Assembly: GCA_963823665.1 (NCBI GenBank)
Contig: CAWGMQ010000010.1
Location: forward strand, 1,984,001 to 2,048,000
Length of the DNA: 64,000 bases
Source of the DNA: an uncultured Planctomycetota bacterium
GTDB lineage: Bacteria > Planctomycetota > Planctomycetia > Isosphaerales > Isosphaeraceae
Direction: 5' to 3'
The notes under the pieces were generated by a model. The model was not told where the DNA came from. It made no database searches and saw only the letters and a program-made list of their open reading frames with translations. Positions 50,829 through 62,573 of the stretch are shown here, piece after piece; the first letter of the stretch is position 1; each line of letters begins with the position of its first letter. The translations under genes were made by a program, and so were the position numbers.

Positions 50829-51572
50829 TCAAAGCGTGGGCTTGTCATTGAGCGTGCGTGTTCCGTCGAGCAGCCAGTTGCCGAACGAGTCCTTCACGAA
50901 ATAAAGGTGGAACTCGACAGTCGATGCGGGTTTTGAGAGGCCAGGGTTGGGGTGAACGGCATCGATGCCGGCGTTTCCGAGCCGGGTGCCTTCCGCCGAA
51001 AATTGAGCGACGACGACGGCCGGACCATTGGACCCGTCGGACAGCACCTTGATGTTCAGGCCGGCGTCGAGCCCGCCGAGCGCCATCTTGAGCTCGTTGT
51101 ACTGTCGGCTGGCTTCACCATGCCAGCGGATGACGTCGAGCGCGGTCTCGGGAACGGCGATCGTCATCGCCGTCTGGATTCCTTCCGGTGTCATGAGGGC
51201 CCTGGCCGCCGTCTCCGCGCGCGTCGTCAGAGATTGTCGGGCGAGAAGCCAGATTCCGAGGGCCGCAACCAGGATAACCGCCGCCGCAATTCCGGCGGTG
51301 GCCCCGGAGACGCGTGGCAGTTTGATCTTCGACAATCCCGCCGTGAGACCTTCGAGCGACCCGCCGAACTCGATGCCACCACCACCCGACTCGGCGCGCA
51401 CCTTTTCTTTGGGTAGATCCTTGAGCGCGGGGGGCTCGCCGAGAACCGCCACTCCACTCGGGCTCAAGTGGAACACCGCGAGGCATTTTCTGCAGACGAG
51501 CCGAGTGTCCTTCTTCTCGCGGGGAACGCGCCCGCCGGCACCGCAGCGCGGACATTTCATCTCGATTGCCAT
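50829..51572 (-). CDS. Zn-ribbon membrane protein, hypothetical
   Basis: CPRC..CRKC, one TM segment, C-terminal extracytoplasmic domain ending WLLDG. Confidence 0.75.
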   Translation of the reverse strand: MAIEMKCPRCGAGGRVPREKKDTRLVCRKCLAVFHLSPSGVAVLGEPPALKDLPKEKVRAESGGGGIEFGGSLEGLTAGLSKIKLPRVSGATAGIAAAVILVAALGIWLLARQSLTTRAETAARALMTPEGIQTAMTIAVPETALDVIRWHGEASRQYNELKMALGGLDAGLNIKVLSDGSNGPAVVVAQFSAEGTRLGNAGIDAVHPNPGLSKPASTVEFHLYFVKDSFGNWLLDGTRTLNDKPTL

Positions 51573-51820
51573 GAAGCGGTTCCTCCGCGCCAGCCTGGAC
51601 GCACGATCATTCCTCGATCCGGGCCCAACCCGGGCCCAGGTCAGGCGGTTCGCCAGTTTTGGGCGTCACCTCTGCCGTTCTCTTGACCCGCTCAAGGATG
51701 AGGGCGAATCTTGCCCCTGTTCAAACTAACCCTCCGCGGCACGATTAGCAACGTCAATGACGGGATGCTGGCAGAAGGGGTAACGGCAAGCGCCGGGAGT
51801 ATCGAGGCTGGTCATTCCGG

Positions 51821-52909
51821 CTACATGATCGTGTTGCCCTTGGGAGCGATGGAACCCCAGCAGCCTTCGATCGGGCGGTGGTCTCGCGCAGACTGAACCG
51901 CAGCGTCGAGAACGCGAACCACCTCACCGGCGTCCTCGGCGGTGACGGCGAGAGGAGCGAGGCCCAGGATGACGTCGGCGATGTTTTCGTAGTAAGAGTC
52001 CCAATGGCCGTGGACGGTCGGGACCGGCCAGTGGCCGGGAGTTCCGTCGGCGAGGGGTCCGTGCATCACCCCGTGGTGTTCCGGCGGCTCCGATGCGGAA
52101 TCGATATCGCCGCCGCGCAAGGCGGCTTCCTGGGGGTCGATGCCGTATTTGACGAACGCGCACCGCGTTCCGATGATCCACCACCGCGGGCGGTCGAGCC
52201 GGCAGATTCGACTGGATTCCACATGAAACAGCGTGTCGTCGAATTCAAGGACGATCCGGCCGTGCCCCCATGAATCGACCCCTTCCCAATTACCAGGCGT
52301 CAACCACGCGGTGAGCCGGCGGCACGGGCCGAGACCGAGCTGAAGGGCCTGGTCGATGAGATGCGCACCCCAGTCGTGCAGGATCGTACCGGCTGAGGAA
52401 ACACGTCCCCGCCACCCTCGCGGCGGCGCATCGCGGCAAACAGAGCTTTCAATGATCACGGGACGCCCAAGCGCACCACTGGCAAGGATGTCGCGCACCG
52501 TCTGGAAGTCCCAATCCCATCGTCGGTTATGGAATACTGATAGCAAGCATCCGGAACGATCTCGTGCGGCGATCATCGCGTCGGCTTCGGTAGCGGAAAG
52601 TGCCATGACTTTGTCGACGACGCAATGACGCGAGGCGTCGAGAGTGCGCTGGCAGAGCTCGGCGTGGGAGTCGTGCGGCGTGGCGATCACGACGAGCTGC
52701 ACATCCGGATCGGCCAACGCCTCATCAAGGTGAGCGAACGTTCGGAGGCCATCACCCAGGTGCGCCCTCGCTTCCGCGCGGACCCGCGGATCACGGGCGA
52801 CGATCCCGTGCAGACTCAAGTTCCGTTGGCGGCGAATCAACGGGCAATGGAATGCCCGGCCTGCGAGTCCATAACCGACGACGACCGTTGGGATCATTTT
52901 CTCGGACAC
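51821..52909 (-). CDS. Gfo/Idh/MocA oxidoreductase
   Basis: VGYGLAG, IATPHDSH, VVDK, FHNRRWDWDF, DWGAHLIDQ. Confidence 0.92.
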   Translation of the reverse strand: MSEKMIPTVVVGYGLAGRAFHCPLIRRQRNLSLHGIVARDPRVRAEARAHLGDGLRTFAHLDEALADPDVQLVVIATPHDSHAELCQRTLDASRHCVVDKVMALSATEADAMIAARDRSGCLLSVFHNRRWDWDFQTVRDILASGALGRPVIIESSVCRDAPPRGWRGRVSSAGTILHDWGAHLIDQALQLGLGPCRRLTAWLTPGNWEGVDSWGHGRIVLEFDDTLFHVESSRICRLDRPRWWIIGTRCAFVKYGIDPQEAALRGGDIDSASEPPEHHGVMHGPLADGTPGHWPVPTVHGHWDSYYENIADVILGLAPLAVTAEDAGEVVRVLDAAVQSARDHRPIEGCWGSIAPKGNTIM

Positions 52910-53282
52910 CTCGATTTCGATAGCTGGATCACTCGACGCTCGCGCATCGACGCTTAACCATTCTCCCCATCATAGCGGCGCACATGATCCCGCATAGTTA
53001 TAGTTTATAGCGATCTGGTGCCACACGCCGCATGCGAAAGCCCGGGCATTCGGCCGCGTCGGAAATGCGGGAGTGGCAGTGGAGTTGGTGCGATCAGGAC
53101 GGTTCATCGGCGAACGGCGCTTATTGTCTGCGTTTGGCTCTCGTCGTACCACCCGGATTGAATTATGATCTTTATGTTTCGTCTCCGCCGGAGTAATTCG
53201 CTGCGGCACATGTCACGGGTTTGAAGATCTCGCGCGCGGGCGTGTACTTCATTTGCACGCCACGCTCACAGACTGGTTTGCA

Positions 53283-53570
53283 ATGTCACGATCGACGAAC
53301 ATCACGATCCACGTGCCGCGTGAGCTTCGTGCGTATTGCGAGGGCGCTTCTGCGCTTATGCTCCAGGCTCAAAGTGTGCGTGCTGCACTCGAAGAACTGG
53401 AGCGGCGGCATCCGCTGGTACATCGTGGCGTCTGCGACGATACGGGCGCGGTGAGGCGACACGTGAATGTGTTCGTGAACAGGGATCATATGCGCGATCG
53501 GGATGGGCTCGATACGGCGCTCGTGCCAGGGGACGAGATCATCATACTTCCATCGGTTTCAGGGGGTTGA
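53283..53570 (+). CDS. MoaD/ThiS-family ubiquitin-like protein
   Basis: RRHVNVFVN, C-terminal ILPSVSGG. Confidence 0.9.
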   Translation: MSRSTNITIHVPRELRAYCEGASALMLQAQSVRAALEELERRHPLVHRGVCDDTGAVRRHVNVFVNRDHMRDRDGLDTALVPGDEIIILPSVSGG

Positions 53571-53649
53571 CTGTCGGAGCATTGCAGTCCTTTCCAACCC
53601 TCGTATTGTGCGTGATCACGATTCTGCCGGTTCAGTCAGGAGTTTCAAC

Positions 53650-54762
53650 ATGCCAGATCGCATTATTCTCACGATTGGTACCAAGAAAGGCGTGTTCGTG
53701 GCCCAGGCGCCGAAGTCGCGTCGCAGCTTCGCGCTCTCTGGGCCGGTCGGACCAGGCGTGGCCGTGTATGCCACTCTGATCGACACGCGCGGAACACCGC
53801 GACTCTACGCTTCGAGCTGTAATCCTTTCTTCGGCATGAAGGTCCTGCGTTCGACCGATCTCGGCAAGAAGTTCAAGGAGACGAAGTCGGCTCCGGCGTT
53901 CCCCAAGGACGACGGGCGGGCGCTGGCCAACATCTGGTCGCTGGAGCCGGGGTATGACAAGAAGGACCTCCTGTGCGGCGTGGAGCCGGCATCGCTCTTC
54001 CGGTCGAATGATAGCGGAGATTCGTGGGAGATGGTTGCGGGGATCAGTAACCATGATCATGCTCGTAAGTGGCAGCCGGGGAACGGAGGGCTGTGCATGC
54101 ACACGATCCTCCGGGACGGGAATCGCGTGCACCTGGGAATCTCCACCGGCGGTCACTACTTGAGCGAGGATGGCGGCCAAACCTTCACAGCGGCGAACAA
54201 CGGCGTCGGCGCCGGGTTCACGCCGGATCCCTATCCTGAGTTCGGTCAGTGCGTGCACAAGATCGCCGGCCACCCGGCGGCGCCCGGGCGGCTCTACATG
54301 CAGAACCACGGCGGCTGGGCCGATTGGAGCGGGCCTGGAGGGCCGCGGCCGGGCATTGGCGTGCTGCGCAGCGACGACCACGGCAAAACGTGGAGATCGA
54401 TCGCCAAGGGGCTGCCATCGGATTTTGGCTTCCCGATCGTGGTGCACCCGCACGACCCGGACACGGTCTACGTCATGCCGCTCGAGCCGATGACCCGCAC
54501 ATGCCCGGGTGGGGCACCCGCGGTCTGGCGCAGCGAGAACGGTGGCGGCTCGTGGAAGCGGCTGGCGAAGGGGATGGCGAAGAAGGAGAGCTACTTCACG
54601 GTCCTTCGGGATGCGATGGACATCGACAACCTCCGCTCGCCCTCGCTCTATTTCGGCACCACGACCGGTCAGCTCTGGATGGGTCGAGAAGGTGGGGAGG
54701 AATGGAACTGCCTCTTTGACTCACTGCCGCCGATTCATTGCGTGAAGGTGGCGGTGGTGTGA
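53650..54762 (+). CDS. BNR/Asp-box beta-propeller (sialidase-like) protein
   Basis: IGTKKG; repeated RSxDxGxxW Asp-boxes; GQCVHK; MQNHGG; GLPSDFGF. Confidence 0.88.
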   Translation: MPDRIILTIGTKKGVFVAQAPKSRRSFALSGPVGPGVAVYATLIDTRGTPRLYASSCNPFFGMKVLRSTDLGKKFKETKSAPAFPKDDGRALANIWSLEPGYDKKDLLCGVEPASLFRSNDSGDSWEMVAGISNHDHARKWQPGNGGLCMHTILRDGNRVHLGISTGGHYLSEDGGQTFTAANNGVGAGFTPDPYPEFGQCVHKIAGHPAAPGRLYMQNHGGWADWSGPGGPRPGIGVLRSDDHGKTWRSIAKGLPSDFGFPIVVHPHDPDTVYVMPLEPMTRTCPGGAPAVWRSENGGGSWKRLAKGMAKKESYFTVLRDAMDIDNLRSPSLYFGTTTGQLWMGREGGEEWNCLFDSLPPIHCVKVAVV

Positions 54763-54864
54763 GGCTGAGAACGGGCGGCTGGGATGCCGCCTCGGCCCGA
54801 GTCGCTTCAGGACACGCTCGAGGTGCTCACCGACGCCGGCTCTGCGATCGCTATGACCACTCGA

Positions 54865-57800
54865 TCAATGGCGCACTGTTTCTGATTCACGTTCGAAACG
54901 TTCGCTGAGAGGTTGACTCGACTCGTCCTTGAGGAGTTTGCGCCCGCCGTCAATCTGGCCGAATAAATAATAAAGGCCGGGAATGATCAAGACTCCGATG
55001 ACCGTGCCGAGGAGCATGCCGCCGGCTCCCGTGGTGCCGATGGTTCGGTTGCCGATCGCCCCGGCTCCGGTGGCCACGACCAAGGGAAGGAGACCAGCGA
55101 TGAAGGCGAAGGAGGTCATCTGAATCGGCCGGAAGCGCAGTTTTGCACCTTCAACGGCCGCCTCATGGAGAGGCACGCCCTCCATCCGCCGTTGGACCGC
55201 GAATTCCACGATCAAGATCGCGTTCTTGCCGAGCAGACCGACCAGCATGACCAGACCAATCTGGGCGTACACGTCGTTAGTCAAACCCATGGCCTGCAAG
55301 AAGAAGAAAGAACCGAAAAGCCCGACAGGCAGCGACAGGATCACTGCCAGCGGCAGGATAAAGCTCTCGTATTGCCCGACCAGCACCAGATAGACGAAAG
55401 CGACGACGATGAGAAAGATGTAAATTGCCTCGTTCCCCTTTCTTGACTCGTCATAAGAGAGACCCGACCAGCCGATGTCGAAGCCGCGCGGCAGCGTCTT
55501 GGCGCCGACCTCCTTGATCGCCTGAATGGCTTGACCGGTGCTGTATCCAGCAGCCGGCGCGCATTGAATCGCGGCGGAGGTGTACAGGTTATACCGGGTG
55601 ATCCCATTCAAACCCTGCTTCGTTTCGCGAGTTATGAACGCGGAGTAGGGGACCATTTCCCCTTTGTCGTTCTTGACGAACAGGTAGTCCAGATCCTCTG
55701 GGTAGCGCCGGAACTCCGGCCGGGCCTGGACGAAGACCTTGTAGAACTGGTTGAAGAGAATGAATCCCTGCTCCCAGGTGCTGCCAATGAGGATGTTGAG
55801 ACTGTCCATCGCGTCCTTGATCGACACGCCCTTCTGCATGGCCTTGTCGTTGTCGATGATGAACTCGTACTGCGGGTAGTTGGCAGCGTAGAAGGTGAAC
55901 AGGTTCGTCACCTCCTTACGCTTTGCCAGCTCGGCCATGAACTTTTTGGTCTCGTTTTCGAGCCGCCGGTAATCAGCGGAGAATGTCTTGTCCAGGACGA
56001 GCATGGAGATACCCCCGGCGGTTCCAAAGCCGGGAACCGCGGGCGGTTCGAAGAACTCGAGCTTCACGTTGCTCAGCTTGCGGCATTTTTCTTCGAGATC
56101 CACAATGAGCTGGCGTGCGGTTCGCTTTCGCTCGTCCCAGGGTTTCAGGTTGATGATACAGGTACCCGAGTTCGAGCCGCGGCCTTCGGTCAGAACTTCA
56201 TAGCCGGCCAAACTTGTGACGGACGTGACTTCCTTGATATCCTTTGCGATCGCCTCGAGCTCCTGGGATTTGGCGTTGGTGTACTCGAGCGTGGAGCCTG
56301 GAGGCGTCTGGAGGACGGCGTAGATGATGCCCTGGTCCTCGCCCGGGATAAAACCCGTTGCGAGCTGCGTGTTGACAACAACGATGCCGGCGGCAAAGAC
56401 CCCGACGACGGCCATGGTCAGCGTGCGGCGCGTGGCGATGCGCCGGACGATCCCGGCATAACCGCCCGTGACCTTCTCGACGGCGCGGTCAAAAGGCTTC
56501 CGCACGAACGGCAAAAGAATGAGCAGGAAGCCAGCCGGCCCCCACAGCTCATACGCCAGATACGTTATTCCGCCCAGGACCAGCAACCCTCCGAGCGCAA
56601 AAAGCAGCCTGACTCCCAGTCCGCGCCGTCTTTCCCCGTTGTTCGTGTCGGTGTCAAGGCTCGTGTCGGTGTTACCGTCGGTGTGGCTCGTGTGGGAGTC
56701 AGTGCCGGTGTGGCTGTGGGGCTTCAAGATCATCGCACAGAGGACCGGCGTCAGCGTCAGGGCCACCAGACCGGACAGAATGATGGACGTGGCCATCGTG
56801 ATGCCAAACTGGCGGTAGAAGGTGCCGACCGCCCCGGGAATGAACGTCACCGGAACGAAGACGGATGTCATCACAAGCGTGATGGCAATGATCGCGCCGG
56901 AGATCTCGTGCACGACCTCCATGGTTGCCTGGTAGGGCGATAAGTGCTTCTGCGCCATCTTGGCATGCACCGCCTCGACCACCACGATCGCATCGTCGAC
57001 CACGACACCAATCGCGAGAACCATGGCGAAGAGTGTGATCAGGTTGATCGAGAGGCCCATCAACCGCAGGACAAAGAAGGTCCCGACCAGCGACACTGGA
57101 ACCGCGAGCGTCGGGATCAGCGTGGATCGTAAATCCCCCAGGAACATGTAGACCACGAGAGACACCAGGATGAACGCCTCGAGCAGGGTGTGCAGCACCT
57201 TTTCGATCGAGGCATCCAGAAACTTGGAGACGTCGTAGGCGAATTCGTAGTCCATCCCGGGAGGGAATGATTCCTTCTTGATCGCCTCGAGCTCCTTCTT
57301 GATTTCCTCGATCACCTCGGCGGCGTTGGAGCCGGGAGCCTGCTTGAGAACGATGGACGCCGCGGGATGTCCGTTGATGTCGGAGTAAATATCAAAGAAC
57401 TGGGGACCCAACTCCACCTCACCAATGTCCTTGAGCCGCAGGATTTCTCCTGAGGGATTTGCTTTTAAAACTGATGTTTTCATACTGCTCTGGCTTATTG
57501 AAGCGGCCGATATAGGTCAAAACGTACTCTTTTGATTGCGACGTCTTCCCTGTGGCCTGGCCGAGTCGTCCGGGCGAACCAATCACGCTCTGTTGCGACA
57601 GAGCCTTCATGACATCCTCGGAGGACACGTTGTAGGCCCGCATCCGCTCGGGATTGAGCCAAACCCGCATCGCAAAGATGCGGTTGCCGAGATTCCTGGG
57701 GATGCCCATGCCTTTGATCCGCTTGAGCCGGGGCATGACGTAGACGTTGGCAAAATTGAAAAGGTCTTTCTGGTCGGCCTTTGGATCCGTGCTGTAAATG

Positions 57801-58222
57801 TTCACGTACATCAGCATGCTCGGCACGACCTGGCTGACCAAGATCCCTTCCCGAACCACCAGGGGCGGGAGCTGGAACAGCACGATGTTGACCCGGTTTT
57901 GCACGTTCACGACATTGATGTTCGGGTTCGTGCCCGGCTCGAAGTAGATGATGATCGCCGCCTCGCCGGCACTGGAGGCGGAGGAGGTAATGAAGCGCAT
58001 GTTCTGAACGCCGTTGATGGATTGCTCGAGCGGAATCAGAACCGATTCGACCAGGACATTGGCGCTGGCGCCGGGATAAGAAATGGAAACCATGACAGTC
58101 GGCGGCGCGATGTCGGGGAACTGTGCGATTGGAAGGGTCTTGATCCCCAGCACGCCCAGGAACAAGAGGATGATTGAGATGACGATCGCGAATGCCGGCT
58201 GGTGGAGGATTTTCGTGAACAT
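54865..58222 (-). CDS. RND efflux permease, copy 2, frameshift ~57475
   Basis: QFPDIAPP, AIGVVVDDAIVVVE, GKNAILIVEFA, RFRPIQMTS. Confidence 0.93.
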
Positions 58223-58299
58223 GGTTTGGGGCCCATCTCGTTGTGTTGGGTGTCGCGAATGTCGGTGAGCGAAGGCGACTGGACTCGAGCCAGCGCCGA

Positions 58300-58510
58300 G
58301 CAATTCCAATGCGATCAAGCCACGGTTTGAAGGGCCTGCCATCGGTATCAAACCGATGGCGTGGTCGACCTTACTCGCCGACAGCCGGAAGGAACACTCG
58401 CGGCGAGACGCCACGATTTGCCGCCCGTTCAGCGCGCTCAGATCATCGAACTGGCCTGCTTGGAGCCCTTGGCCACGGGGCTGCGCATCACTCACTGGTC
58501 CAGTGAATAC
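58300..58510 (+). mobile_element. IS630-family transposase remnant
   Basis: NRWR.. then PVQRAQIIELACLEPLATGLRITHWSSE, resembling the IS630 N-terminal HTH region; no DDE domain. Confidence 0.6.
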
Positions 58511-59149
58511 GCGTCAACCCGCGATCGGCTGGTGACGGGGCGCAAGGAACTCCATGCAACGAAGTTGCCGAGCGGCAAGACGGACGACGATTCCAGACTT
58601 GTTTCTCAGAAGCGTCTATTCATCAAACCCTGAAGCGCGAGAGAAGGGAGGAAACGTGCCCGAGCTGAGTCGTGACTGGAGAATTCGCCGAGAGGGATGA
58701 GATTTGTTCCGGCAAAGGCTGGAGGGTGGCCGGGATTCTCGTCGAAGGGGTCCGGATCCTCGGTCTCCACACAAACGAGGAAGTCACGCGCCAGAGCCTG
58801 AGGTTTGTGCGAAGTGCCAGTATTGTGAGACCGCAAGACAACGCGACCGGAAACATCAACGCTGGGCAACGAGCCAGTCAGAAGAGAACTTGAAAATTGA
58901 GGGAAGTCAGAAACGGAACGAATCGTGAAGGAATTGAAGTACGGTTGAAAGACAATACAAGCACCGAGTACAGCCAGAACGCGTACTGGCTGGCATCGAA
59001 TCTCCGCTTTACCAACAGTTTGGATTGTTGGCGTGCATGACATTCGGTGCCGTGCCCCACGAAAGAATCTGGAATCGCGGTGCATATCCTTTCTCCCGGG
59101 AATTCCAAAGGACGCCAGAAAGAGCAGCATGCTCCAAATGATCACTTGA

Positions 59150-62100
59150 TCAATGGCGCACTGTTTCTGATTCACGTTCGGAAACGTCTCGCTGAGAGGT
59201 TGACTCGACTCGTCCTTGAGGAGTTTGCGCCCGCCGTCAATCTGGCCGAATAAATAATAAAGGCCGGGAATGATCAAGACTCCGATGACCGTGCCGACGA
59301 GCATGCCGCCGGCTCCCGTGGTGCCGATGGTTCGGTTGCCGATCGCCCCGGCGCCGGTGGCCACGACCAAGCGGAAGGAGACCAGCGATGAAGGCGAAGG
59401 AGGTCATCTGAATCGGCCGGAAGCGCAGTTTTGCGCCTTCGACGGCCGCCTCGTGGAGCGACACGCCCTCCATCCGCCGTTGGACCGCGAATTCCACGAT
59501 CAAGATCGCGTTCTTGCCGAGCAGACCGACCAGCATGACCAGACCAATCTGGGCGTACACGTCGTTAGCCAAACCCATGGCCTGCAGGAAGAAGAAAGAA
59601 CCGAAAAGCCCGATCGGCAGCGACAGGATTACCGCCAGCGGCAGGATAAAGCTTTCGTATTGCCCGACCAGCACCAGATAGACGAAGGCGACGACGATGA
59701 GGAAGATATAAATTGCCTCGTTCCCCTTTTTTGACTCGTCATAAGAGAGACCCGACCAGCCGATGTCGAAACCGCGTTGCAGCGTCTTGGCGCCGACCTC
59801 CTTGATCGCCTGGATCGCTTGACCGGTGCTGTATCCAGCAGCCGGCGCTAATTGAATCGCGGCGGAGGTGTACAGGTTATACCGGGTGATCTCATTCAAA
59901 CCCTGCTTCTTCACGCGCGTCATGAACGCGGAGTAGGGGACCATTTCCCCTTTGTCGTTCTTGACGAACAGGTTGTCCAGATCCTCTGGGTAGCGCCGGA
60001 ACTCCGGCTTGGCCTGGACGAAGACCTTGTAGAACTGGTTGAAACGAATGAATCCCTGCTCCCAGGTGCTGCCGATGAGAATGTTGAGGCTGTCCATCGC
60101 GTGCCTTGATCGACACGCCCTTCTGCATGGCCACGTCGTTGTTGATGACCAGCTCGTACTGCGGGTAGTTGGCGGCGTAGAAGGTGAACAGGTTCGTCAC
60201 CTCCTTACGCTTTGCCAGCTCGGCCATGAACTTTTTGGTCACGTCTTCGAGCCGCTGGTAATCAGCGGAGAATGTCTTGTCGAGGACTAGCATGGAGATA
60301 CCCCCGGCGGTGCCAAAGCCGGGAACTGCGGGCGGTTCAAAGAACTCGAGCTTCACGTTGCTCAGCTTGCGGCATTTTTCTTCGAGTTCCACGATGAGCT
60401 GGCGTGCGGTTCGCTTGCGCTCGTCCCAGGGTTTCAGGTTGATGATACAGGTACCCGAGTTCGAGCCGCGGCCTTCGGTCAGAACCTCATAGCCGGCCAA
60501 ACATGTGACGGAGGTGACTTCCTTGATCTCCTTTGCGATCTCCTCGAGCTCCAGGGATTTGGCGTTGGTGTACTCGAGCGTGGATCCTGGAGGTGTCTGG
60601 AGGACGGCGTAGATGATGCCCTGGTCCTCGCCCGGGATAAAACCCGTCGCGAGCTGCGTGTTGACAACCACGATTCCGGCGGCAAAGCCCCCGACGACGG
60701 TCATGGTCAGCGTGCGGCGCGTGGCGATGCGCCGAACGATCGCGGCATAACCGCCCGTCACTTTCTCGACGGCGCGGTCAAAAGGCTTCCGCACGAAGGG
60801 CAGAAGAATGAGCAGAAAGCCAGCCGGCCCCCACAACTCGTACGCCTCATACGTTACTCCGCCCAGGACCGCCAGCCCTCCGAGCGCAAAAAGCAGCCTG
60901 ACTCCCAGTCCCCGCCGCTTTGCCCCGTTGTTTGTGTCCGCGTCAGGGATCGTGTGGGTGTTACCGTTACCATTACCGTCGTTGTGGTTCGTGTCGGAGT
61001 CAGTGCCGGGGTGGCTGTGGGGCTTCAAGATCATCGCACAGAGGACGGGCGTCAGCGTCAGTGCCACCAGACCGGAAAGAATGATGGACGTGGCCATCGT
61101 GATCCCGAACTGGCGGTAGAAGGTGCCGACCGCCCCGGGAATGAACGTCACCGGAACGAAGACGGACGTCATCACAAGCGTGATGGCAATGATCGCGCCG
61201 GAGATCTCTTGCATGACCTCCGCGGTCGCCCGGTAGGGCGATAAGTGCTTCTGGGCCATCTTGGCATGCACCGCCTCGACCACCACGATCGCATCGTCGA
61301 CCACGACACCAATCGCGAGAACCATGGCGAAGAGTGTGATCAGGTTGATCGAGAGGCCCATCAACCGCAGGACAAAGAAGGTCCCGACCAGCGACACTGG
61401 AACCGCGAGTGTCGGGATCAGCGTGGATCGTAAATCCCCCAGGAACATGTAGACCACGAGAGACACCAAGATGAACGCCTCGAGCAGGGTGTGCAGCACC
61501 TTGTCGATCGAGGCTTCCAGAAATTTGGAGACGTCGTAGGCGAATTCGTAATCCATCCCGGGAGGGAATGATTCCTTCTTGATCAGATCGAGCTCGGTCT
61601 TGATTGCATCGATCACCTCGGCGGCGTTGGAGCCGGGAGCCTGCTTGAGAACGACGGACGCCGCGGGATGCCCGTTGATGTCGGAGTAAATATCAAAGAA
61701 CTGGGGACCCAACTCCACCTCGCCAACGTCCCTGAGCCGCAGGATCTCCCCAGAGGGATTTGCTTTTAGAATGATGTTTGCATACTGGTCTGGCTTGTTG
61801 AAGCGGCCGATATAGGTCAAAACGTACTCTTTTGATTGCGACGTCTTCCCTGTGGCCTGGCCGAGTCGTCCCGGCGAACCAATCATGCTCTGTGACGACA
61901 GAGCCTTCATGACATCCTCGGTGGACACGTTGTAGGCCCGCATCCGCTCGGGATTGAGCCAAACCCGCATGGCAAAGATGCGGTTGCCGAGATTCCTGGG
62001 GATGCCCATGCCTTTGATCCGCTTGAGCCGGGGCATGACGTAGACGTTGGCAAAATTGAAAAGGTCTTTCTGGTCGGCGTTGGGATCCGTGCTGTAAATG

Positions 62101-62522
62101 TTCACGTACATCAGCATGCTCGGCACGACCTGGCTGACCAAGATCCCCTCCCGCACCACCAGGGGCGGGAGCTGAAACAGCACGATGTTGACCCGGTTTT
62201 GCACGTTCACGACATTGATGTTCGGGTCCGTGCCCGGCTCGAAGTAGATGATGATCGCCGCCTCACCGGCACTGGTCGCGGAGGAGGAAATGAAACGCAT
62301 GTTCTGGACGCCGTTGATGGATTGTTCCAACGGAATCAGAACCGATTCGACCAGGACATTGGCGCTGGCGCCGGGATAAGAAATGGAAACCATGACGGTC
62401 GGCGGCGCAATGTCGGGGAACTGTGCGATCGGCAGGGTCCTGATCCCCAGCACGCCCAGGAATAAGAGGATGATCGAGATCACGATCGCGAATGCCGGCC
62501 GATGGAGGATTCTCGTGAACAT
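59150..62522 (-). CDS. RND efflux permease, copy 1, frameshifts ~60100, ~59370, ~59180
   Basis: Same motifs as copy 2, with long identical nucleotide runs. Confidence 0.93.
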
Positions 62523-62573
62523 GATTCGGGAACAACCTCTCTGTGTACGGTGTCTCGAATGCCGGTGAGCGTT

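Noticed and set aside
57419..58495. N-terminal extension of RND copy 2 in the ORF track
   Set aside because: The true start is 58222 by identity with copy 1; the extension is antisense to the IS630 remnant
58650..58900. Group II intron remnant
   Set aside because: No GTGCG 5' end, domain V or RT fragment could be identified
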